DNA from: Thermodesulfobacteriota bacterium
GTDB taxonomy: Bacteria > Desulfobacterota > WTBG01 > JAGOGO01
Direction of reading: 5' to 3'
DNA length: 32,000 bases
Assembly (NCBI GenBank): GCA_026625185.1
Contig: CP113000.1
Location: 90,001 to 122,000, forward strand
In this document: positions 25,269-32,000 of the stretch, piece by piece
Position numbering within the stretch: the stretch's first letter is position 1
Layout of the letters: the number at the start of each line of letters is the position of its first letter
Notes under the pieces: model-generated
Databases searched by the model: none
What the model was told of the DNA's origin: nothing
Seen by the model: the letters and a program-made list of their open reading frames with translations, nothing else
Made by a program: the position numbers and the translations under genes

Positions 25269-25334
25269 CCGGAAAAGAAATCAGAAGATGTGGCAGAGGC
25301 AAAAAAATTCGAAGACAAGAAAAAATGATGCACT

Positions 25335-26027
25335 GTGGTGATGACCTGGATCGATCGCCGTTTTCTTATCAAAGTTCTGTTGCTTCTCGGCTTGATTGCC
25401 TCAGGACTCTTTGTTTTTATTCATCATGATCTCTATGCCGACTTCCTTCATAAGGAAAAGGCGATTGCATTTATAAAATCCTTTCATCCTTATGATGAGC
25501 TTGTTTTTATTTCCCTTCAAATTCTGCAGGTTATAGTAGCCCCGATCCCCGGAGAGCTCACGGGAATCATCGGCGGTTACCTCTATGGCTCTTTTTTTGG
25601 CACAATCTATTCAACCATTGGCCTCACTCTTGGATCATGGTTGGCGTTTGCTCTGGCCAGGATGTTTGGCTTGCCCCTGGTGGAAAAAACTGTAAAACCT
25701 GAAATTATCCAGAAGTATGACTACGTCATGAAGCACCAAGGGATACTTGTTTCTTTTTTCCTCTTTCTCGTTCCTGGGTTCCCCAAGGACTACATCTGCT
25801 ACCTTATGGGGTTAAGTCATATGAGGATATGGACATTTTTGACCGTTTCAACAATTGGGCGATTATTTGGAACTACCTTGCTTTCCGTAAGCGGAAGTAA
25901 TGCGCGAAACAATCAATACGGGACTCTACTGCTAATAATTGTTTTAAGCGGGGTACTCATATTAATAGGCTATTTATATCGGAAAAACCTAGTGGAATTG
26001 TTGAAAAAAATAAAGACACGGAGATAA
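25335..26027 (+). CDS. TVP38/TMEM64 (DedA-related, VTT domain) membrane protein
   Basis: 230 aa, multi-TM. The motifs APIPGELTGIIGGYLYG and FLVPGFPKDYICYLMG are typical of the family. The start may be the ATG at 25341. Confidence 0.85.
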   Translation: MVMTWIDRRFLIKVLLLLGLIASGLFVFIHHDLYADFLHKEKAIAFIKSFHPYDELVFISLQILQVIVAPIPGELTGIIGGYLYGSFFGTIYSTIGLTLGSWLAFALARMFGLPLVEKTVKPEIIQKYDYVMKHQGILVSFFLFLVPGFPKDYICYLMGLSHMRIWTFLTVSTIGRLFGTTLLSVSGSNARNNQYGTLLLIIVLSGVLILIGYLYRKNLVELLKKIKTRR

Positions 26028-26029
26028 GA

Positions 26030-26287
26030 TTGTATACATTACGTCTTAACACACAAAATTTGGCAGAGATAGTGTCGAATAGGCCAAGAGTATCTCCAGA
26101 TCACGATATAAAAGAAGTCCGCAGTCAGATGTTACTTTTGCACCATGAAATTCAAGCGTTATTTTCCTCCATCAAAACACACTTCCAGGACTTCACCCAC
26201 CCCGGTGAAGATGCAGATAATGGCTTCGAGCCGGTGAGGAACGCAGCGGAAACATGGAAAAAAGAGCAACCCGTTTTTTCTCCTTAA
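26030..26287 (+). CDS. hypothetical ORF (weak)
   Basis: 85 codons with a TTG start, no clear SD and no recognisable motif. Confidence 0.2.
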   Translation: MYTLRLNTQNLAEIVSNRPRVSPDHDIKEVRSQMLLLHHEIQALFSSIKTHFQDFTHPGEDADNGFEPVRNAAETWKKEQPVFSP

Positions 26288-26418
26288 TCTGAACAGCCTC
26301 TCCTCTCATGGACTTCCTTATTTTTAGCCGTGCAGATTTGGCGAAATTCGCCCCGCACTGCTATGAAGCAGTGGATTTCTATGGCAAAACGAAATTCCAC
26401 TAAAGGCAGGTCTGGTGA

Positions 26419-26757
26419 TCAATCACCAAAAAGATCACCTAAATTGGAAAGCCAGGATTTCTTCTTTTTGTGCCCGTAGTGGTCATACTCGTGCCTTTCA
26501 TGTTTACCGTGGTGTCCGTGTTCGTGGTGGTTATCGGCATATTCGTAAGAGTGTTCATGTCGTTCAAATCCCCGTGGTGAAAAAGGCTTTGGTTCGCTTT
26601 CAGGGACTGGACTGGAGCCCTTTGTTACTGCATAATCAATGATTTTTTCCAGCTCCCCCCGGTCAAGCCACATTCCTTTGCATCCCGGACAAATATCAAT
26701 ATGGACACCATATTTGTCAATCTCTCGTAAGTTTTCATCACATACCGGACATTTCAT
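26419..26757 (-). CDS. zinc-ribbon (TFIIB-type zf) protein with a His-rich tail
   Basis: Start moved to the ATG at 26757 (SD AAGGAG). MKCPVCDENL...ICPGCKGMWLDRGELEKI, then HEHSYEYADNHHEHGHHGKHERHEYDHYGH. Confidence 0.75.
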   Translation of the reverse strand: MKCPVCDENLREIDKYGVHIDICPGCKGMWLDRGELEKIIDYAVTKGSSPVPESEPKPFSPRGFERHEHSYEYADNHHEHGHHGKHERHEYDHYGHKKKKSWLSNLGDLFGD

Positions 26758-26866
26758 GATTTTCTCCTTGTCTTGGTTGAAAGTTACAACGTGACTCTGC
26801 CATTTATAACAATCCTTACCCTCCCGAGTCAACGTACTGTTTATACTGCATAAGGAGTATAATTAA

Positions 26867-27430
26867 TTACAACTCCTTAATTGTCAGTTCGGTAATTTCC
26901 AAAGAAATCGTTGATATCTTTTTAAATCTGAACTCTAAAACCTGCGGTCCGTTTGTATAGTGATAGACTACTTCTTCCAGGGATGAGTTTAAAACTTTCT
27001 CATTATACCCACGTGCGGCCATCTCTTTTTTATAAAACGCAGTTGCTTCTTCATAATTAACCTTTCCTTGGTATCGGATTGTCTTTTTTTGATTATCCAT
27101 CACATAGGATATCCGTATAAAACCAGGATACCGAGGAATCGGTTTTATGTCCTCTCCGTCCACATCTTTGGTTGGTATCTCTGTGCCGGGGATTATCTCC
27201 TGGACTTTTGCAGCGAATCCGGGGACAACACCTTTTGCGGTTTCCTTTACTTCCGGCAAAATTTCATTAATTTTATTGACACCCTGGTTAACAATTTTTT
27301 CCCCTCCTTCAATCCACTGAGGAAAATTCTCCCGGACAAAACCAACCCCGGACTTAAATACCCATATGCAAACCATGCTCAAAACGACAACGCCGGCGAT
27401 GCCCCACAATAAAAAGACAATTTTTTTCAT
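26867..27430 (-). CDS. membrane-anchored hypothetical protein
   Basis: 187 aa with an N-terminal TM helix. The C-terminal domain has a PRYPGF...FYKKEMAARGY pattern. Lies between htpX and the zinc-ribbon gene on the same strand. Confidence 0.7.
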   Translation of the reverse strand: MKKIVFLLWGIAGVVVLSMVCIWVFKSGVGFVRENFPQWIEGGEKIVNQGVNKINEILPEVKETAKGVVPGFAAKVQEIIPGTEIPTKDVDGEDIKPIPRYPGFIRISYVMDNQKKTIRYQGKVNYEEATAFYKKEMAARGYNEKVLNSSLEEVVYHYTNGPQVLEFRFKKISTISLEITELTIKEL

Positions 27431-27467
27431 GGTTCCTTTACTTTTCTCAACTTTGTTTTAAAAAATT

Positions 27468-28325
27468 TCATCCTTCCAGAGACCCGATTGCCATAGCCTC
27501 GAGTCGTGCGATTCTCTCTTCAATGGGAGGATGGGTGCTGAAGAGTTTCACCAGTCCTCCTCCGGAAAGAGGATTAACGATAAACATATGGGATGTTGCC
27601 GGATTGGCAGCCATGGGAATCCGATGAGCTGCCGAGTCCAGCTTTTGAAGCGCTTTCGCAAGGTATAGAGGATTACCGGCAAGAAGAGCACCACCTTTGT
27701 CAGCGCCGTATTCCCTGGAACGCGATATTGCCATCTGTACCACCATTGCCGCTATCGGACCAACAATCATCATTACTAAAGCAGCAATCGGACTACCACC
27801 CCTTTCTTCATCATTCCTTCCTCCACCGAATATTGCCGCCCACTGGGCCATCTGTGCCAGGTAGCTAATAGCTCCGGCAATCGTTGCCGCGATTGTTCCA
27901 ATAAGAATATCCCGGTGTTTTATGTGCGAAAGTTCATGAGCAATAACGCCCTCAAGTTCCTCCCGGGAAAGTATCCTCATGATTCCTGTTGTCACCGCGA
28001 CAGCACCTTTATTTGGATTTCTTCCGGTAGCAAAAGCATTGGGCTGATCCTGATCAATGATATAAACTTTCGGCATGGGAAGATTTGCCTTCTGACAAAG
28101 CCCTGCTACCAGTTGGTAAAGTGCAGGCGCTTCCGCTTCAGTAACCTCACTGGCGCCGTACATCCGGAGCACGATTTTGTCGCTTAACCAGTAGGCGATA
28201 AAATTCATAGCAAAGGCTATAAGAAGAGCAATAGTCATACCGGACTTTCCTCCCAGAAACCCTCCGATAAATACCAACATCAGAGTTAGAGTCACCATCA
28301 AAACTGCTGTCTTAAAGTTGTTCAT
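27468..28325 (-). CDS. htpX: zinc metalloprotease HtpX (M48 family)
   Basis: 285 aa with 4 TM helices, [10 protein letters not shown] (HExxH), and C-terminal [16 protein letters not shown] is AGGAGG. Confidence 0.9.
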   Translation of the reverse strand: MNNFKTAVLMVTLTLMLVFIGGFLGGKSGMTIALLIAFAMNFIAYWLSDKIVLRMYGASEVTEAEAPALYQLVAGLCQKANLPMPKVYIIDQDQPNAFATGRNPNKGAVAVTTGIMRILSREELEGVIAHELSHIKHRDILIGTIAATIAGAISYLAQMAQWAAIFGGGRNDEERGGSPIAALVMMIVGPIAAMVVQMAISRSREYGADKGGALLAGNPLYLAKALQKLDSAAHRIPMAANPATSHMFIVNPLSGGGLVKLFSTHPPIEERIARLEAMAIGSLEG

Positions 28326-28499
28326 TGTTTAACCTCCTGAAAATTAATTGATTTTATACCATCCTCCCTTAATAAGGGAAATAGATAAAAAAAACCACCA
28401 AAAAAAGCCGGGGGTATACCTGGTTCTTTATTGGAGGAGGAAAGAAAAATTATTATAGCAAATAGACAATTCTGGTGGTTGCTAAGTTCTTAAAAGAAT

Positions 28500-28902
28500 T
28501 CTTCAAAAAACGAATAATTGTTCCCGGAACAGACAGATCATCTTTTCATCATGCGCTCTGCTCCAGGCACAATCCCAAAAGCCACATGAACGAAAGGCGG
28601 TCAACTATCTGATATTCTATAGCTACATCCAGAAAGTTGTACAAGGATTGAAGAAAAAGAACCTTAAACATCAACACAAAATCATGGGCTTTGCTCCTTC
28701 ATTCCTTTTTTCTCCCTGGATCGAAGCGTTTCAAGTACGGGGCGAAATTTGTTCCATTCAATTACCTTGTTCAATTTAACCAGCTAATCACCATTTTTCT
28801 TAAGTTTTTCAAAACGATTCTGCCAATCAAAAAGACCGAGTTGCATCATGGGGTTTCTTGTCTATTGTGGTTTGACTACATGCTGCAATCAAAACCATTA
28901 TA
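28500..28902 (-). pseudogene. IS5-family transposase N-terminal relic (copy B)
   Basis: Minus strand MMQLGLFDWQNRFEKLKKNGD*LVKLNKVIEWNKFRPVLETLRS...LYNLSD..EYQI.DRLSF...DEK.I.LFREQL, with stops and frameshifts. Confidence 0.7.
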
Positions 28903-29180
28903 CCAGGTGCCAATAATATTTTGGATCAGTTTTTACCAATTTTTAGAGGAACCCCTCAAATTTAAGAATAAGGAAACAAATCCAAAAATATTAGGAGTTT
29001 TTATTTTTTACCTTTGCTACCGCTGGTTTTTTAAAATGATGGATTTTAGAGCTCAAAATAAATAAAATACCTTATAGACAACTTTATGATTCTATAAAAA
29101 AATTAAAAAAAGGAATAATCAAAGACTATTACTTTATTAAAAAAAAAAATCACTGTTGTTCAAAAGGAGGTATTCCAATT

Positions 29181-29663
29181 ATGACAACAAGACCTTGGAA
29201 ATTTATCTCAATAGCTATTGTAGTGTCGGTTCTTTGGTCCTTAGCTGGTTTTGAGCAGATGAACGCACATGGAGATGATGGTTTTGGCAGACCGATTATC
29301 GCCGGCATTGGAGTTTCACGAATTAACTTCGTTGGGACCTTTTACCCCCTCGAAGAAAAAAAGAATTTATGGGGTATGCATACCGTCACGGTTAAAGTCA
29401 AGGATAAAGAATTGTTATTCTCTATCAAAAAGGCAGAAGATTTGACGGGTAAATTGGATCAGTTTAAGATTCTTGAACTTATTTGGCCTTCGGTTTTAAT
29501 CTTTCGAGGGACTGATAAGGTAATTGATCCCTTGCTCAAGCCGGATATTTTCGGTAAACAATTCTCCCTTGATGGCGTCCTTTATGTTTCGAATAATGTA
29601 TACCAAGTTTTCTCAGTCACAGAGATTATCAAAAAGAAAGAACAAAAGGGAAAGAAAGAATAG
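29181..29663 (+). CDS. hypothetical secreted or membrane-anchored protein
   Basis: 160 aa. SD AAAGGAGG lies 7 nt upstream. N-terminal hydrophobic signal, Lys-rich tail, no recognised family. Confidence 0.6.
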   Translation: MTTRPWKFISIAIVVSVLWSLAGFEQMNAHGDDGFGRPIIAGIGVSRINFVGTFYPLEEKKNLWGMHTVTVKVKDKELLFSIKKAEDLTGKLDQFKILELIWPSVLIFRGTDKVIDPLLKPDIFGKQFSLDGVLYVSNNVYQVFSVTEIIKKKEQKGKKE

Positions 29664-29753
29664 AGGCTCTATCAACCCGTTACGGCACTCATTTTAAGCT
29701 AATAAAAGTATAATTCGCATTCTTGTTTCTCCTCATCCCTTGATTAATTGAGG

Positions 29754-30080
29754 TTACAAGCCAAATTGGTCAAGTTTCTTTCCAATAGCCGGATAAAAAA
29801 TCTCTTGGATAATCTTGGTTTGATAGTAAAAAGCCGGCATAGGAAGCACGATCATTCCCCCTTTTTCGTCCAGTTGGGCCAGGGGACGTAAATAACCAAG
29901 TTTGAAATGTTTCTCTCGAAAGAGGATAATTATTTTTTTCCCTTTTAGGTAACGGCTCAAGCGCAAATCACCAAGTGGGTTTGAAAGAACGGGACGGCTC
30001 AGGAAGTATTTTTACGCTAACGAGAGCTAATTTCATGCCTTCAGGCGGCAAGACCAGCTTGAAATAGGAACAGCAAGGTA
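29754..30080 (-). pseudogene. ubiX: UbiX/Pad1-type flavin prenyltransferase relic
   Basis: C-terminal part KKIIILFREKHF...GGMIVLPMPAFYYQTKIIQEI...GKKLDQFGL matches the UbiX C-terminus. The upstream part is broken by stops and frameshifts. Confidence 0.6.
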
Positions 30081-30298
30081 TTGATTGTCATAAACATGGT
30101 CTGCCAGTGTCCTCAATCTCTCAACTTTTCAATGGATTTCATTTTGGAGGTACGTCTTCAAAAAATTTTGGAAAAATTGAATTAAAAACTTAGAGATAAG
30201 GTTACACGGCTTTTTCCCTCCTTTCAGAATACGTGAAAAGAGGGGGAATTTAAATACGTTTCGGCATTTTTTTTATCTTCAGGCGGGGGAACGTGTTC

Positions 30299-30327
30299 TT
30301 GACACCAGGCGAACTTTCCGCCATACT
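30299..30327 (+). promoter_or_regulatory. sigma70-like promoter candidate for the AAA+ gene
   Basis: TTGACA-N17-CATACT, 43 nt upstream of the ATG at 30370. Confidence 0.4.
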
Positions 30328-30369
30328 TTTTATAAAATACCCTCAGAAAACTCACAAAAGGGGGTAAGG

Positions 30370-31761
30370 ATGAAACCAAAAAATCTAGGCGAGCTAAAAC
30401 AATCTGGTTTTCACGACCTCTCAATCCGGCAGGAGATCCGCAAAAATTTAGTTTCTAAATTAAAAACCGGTGAAACCATTTTTCCCGATATTATTGGGTA
30501 TTACCAAACGGTGATCCCTAAAATTATCAATGCCGTCTTAGCGGGCCATGATATCATCTTTCTGGGGGAGCGGGGACAGGCAAAAAGCCGGTTGATGAGA
30601 AGTTTTGTCAACCTGCTCGATGAAGAGATCCCTTTTATCGAAGGGTGCGAGATCAACGACCATCCGTATCACCCGGTCTGCCGACGATGCAAAGCGTTGC
30701 TCAAAAAAAAAGGGGATGCGCTTCCGATTGCCTGGAAAAATCGCTCCGGGCGGTACACGGAAAAACTGGCCACCCCCGATGTAACCATTGCTGACCTTAT
30801 TGGCGAAATTGACCCGATAAAAGTCGCTGAGGGCCGTTACCTGGCGGATGAACTCACGATCCATTTCGGCCTTATCCCCCGGAGTCACCGGGGCATCTTT
30901 GCCATCAATGAACTTCCGGACTTAGCCGAAAAAATCCAGGTAGGTCTTTTCAATCTCATGCAGGAACGCGACATCCAGATTCGCGGCTTTAATCTCCGCC
31001 TCCCGCTGGAAGTCTTTCTCCTTGCCAGTGCGAATCCGGAAGACTATACCAACCGGGGAAGGATTATCACCCCGTTAAAAGATAGGTTTGGCAGTGAAGT
31101 GAGAACCCACTATCCGGCAAACTGGACGGATGAGATTACGATTATTAACCAGGAGCAAAAATTGGTTTCCCTCGATGGCTACCAGATAATAACTCCGCGA
31201 TTTATGAAGGAGATCATCGCCTCGATAAGCTATGAAGCCCGCAGTCATCCGGAGATTGATCAACGGTCAGGGGTCAGTGTCCGCATGAGCATCGCCAACT
31301 ATGAAACCATCGTCAGCAATGCTTTCCGGCGTTCTCTCCGTCTGCAGGAGCGCGAAGTGGTGCCAAGAATAAGCGACCTCTCCGCTGCCTTTGCTTCCAG
31401 CTTAGGAAAAATCGAATGGTTCGGATTAGAGGAAAAAAGAGAAGATCAAACCTTCCGCGCCATCGTCCGCGAGGCTATCCGGAAGGTGTTTGCGTCTTAC
31501 TTTTCTGATTCCGCGATCGAGGAGACCCTGGCGGATTTTGATCACCATAAAAAGATACGCGTCTCCGAAGATATGCCCGCAAAAAAATACGGGGAACAAG
31601 TAAAGACAATACCGAGTCTCCACACCAGCGTGGAACGGATACTCGAAAAACACTCGCCGGCATTGATCGCCTCGGCCCTCGAATTTATCCTCGAAGGTCT
31701 CCACCTAAGAGGAAGACTGAACAAAGAGGAGGTCGGAAACGAAGGGGTCTATCGTAGTTAA
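30370..31761 (+). CDS. ChlI/BchI-like AAA+ ATPase
   Basis: 463 aa. Walker A GERGQAKS, Walker B-like GIFAINELPDL, and LLASANPEDY...ITPLKDRFG typical of the Mg-chelatase I / MoxR-like clade. Confidence 0.8.
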   Translation: MKPKNLGELKQSGFHDLSIRQEIRKNLVSKLKTGETIFPDIIGYYQTVIPKIINAVLAGHDIIFLGERGQAKSRLMRSFVNLLDEEIPFIEGCEINDHPYHPVCRRCKALLKKKGDALPIAWKNRSGRYTEKLATPDVTIADLIGEIDPIKVAEGRYLADELTIHFGLIPRSHRGIFAINELPDLAEKIQVGLFNLMQERDIQIRGFNLRLPLEVFLLASANPEDYTNRGRIITPLKDRFGSEVRTHYPANWTDEITIINQEQKLVSLDGYQIITPRFMKEIIASISYEARSHPEIDQRSGVSVRMSIANYETIVSNAFRRSLRLQEREVVPRISDLSAAFASSLGKIEWFGLEEKREDQTFRAIVREAIRKVFASYFSDSAIEETLADFDHHKKIRVSEDMPAKKYGEQVKTIPSLHTSVERILEKHSPALIASALEFILEGLHLRGRLNKEEVGNEGVYRS

Positions 31762-31762
31762 C

Positions 31763-32000
31763 ATGCGAACCTTCCAATACACTCTCGCTTCCGAAAACAA
31801 CCCGGTTACCCTACCCTCCCCTGAGGAGCTTCTGCTCTCGTTATCCGAACCATTACTGGAAACCGGAGATATTAAAAAAGCTCTCCAAAAAATTATTAAC
31901 CTCGGGGAGGGGAAAAAACTGAGAGGCCTCGAAGACCTCTTAGCGGAGACACGGAATATCAAAGCTTCTTTCCTTAAATCGTATAACCCAAAATCAGCGC
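31763..32000 (+). CDS. partial CDS, probably the vWA-domain partner of the AAA+ ATPase
   Basis: ATG lies 2 nt after the AAA+ stop and the frame is open to the window edge (79 codons). The N-terminus resembles those of vWA proteins that follow such ATPases. No vWA domain is visible yet. Confidence 0.45.
   Translation, partial: MRTFQYTLASENNPVTLPSPEELLLSLSEPLLETGDIKKALQKIINLGEGKKLRGLEDLLAETRNIKASFLKSYNPKSA

Noticed and set aside
28691-29065. 124-aa plus-strand ORF
   Set aside because: It is antisense to the IS5 transposase relic and continues into A+T-rich spacer. It starts at TTG and has no SD.

Overview
AT-rich bacterial accessory region, heavily scarred by insertion sequences. The host may be Desulfobacterota/deltaproteobacterium-like, judging from the protein repertoire and the PAS-LuxR architecture (low confidence). 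Left part: a YdbH-like lipid-transfer protein, a flavin reductase, and an intact IS630 nested among IS5 and IS1595 relics. Centre (7.4-15.9 kb): a six-gene envelope cluster of DUF1302 OM barrel, DUF1329 LolA-like protein, Usp, small lipoprotein, Ycf48/BNR propeller and RND/MMPL-type permease. This is the best candidate here for a poorly understood trans-envelope hydrophobe/lipid transport system. Next (16-25 kb) comes a rearranged module. It holds a triple-PAS LuxR regulator, an inverted orphan paralog of the RND gene fused in frame to an acyl-CoA ligase relic, and IS3 and IS256 relics. It also holds a 5'-truncated second copy of the regulator that shares a 1305-bp perfect direct repeat with the first (offset 6863 bp). 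Right part: tatA with an in-frame stop, a TVP38/DedA-type protein, an htpX operon, a second IS5 relic, a ubiX relic, and a ChlI-like AAA+/vWA pair running off the window. I saw no rRNA, tRNA or CRISPR array. All family assignments come from motif recognition by eye, not from database searches.
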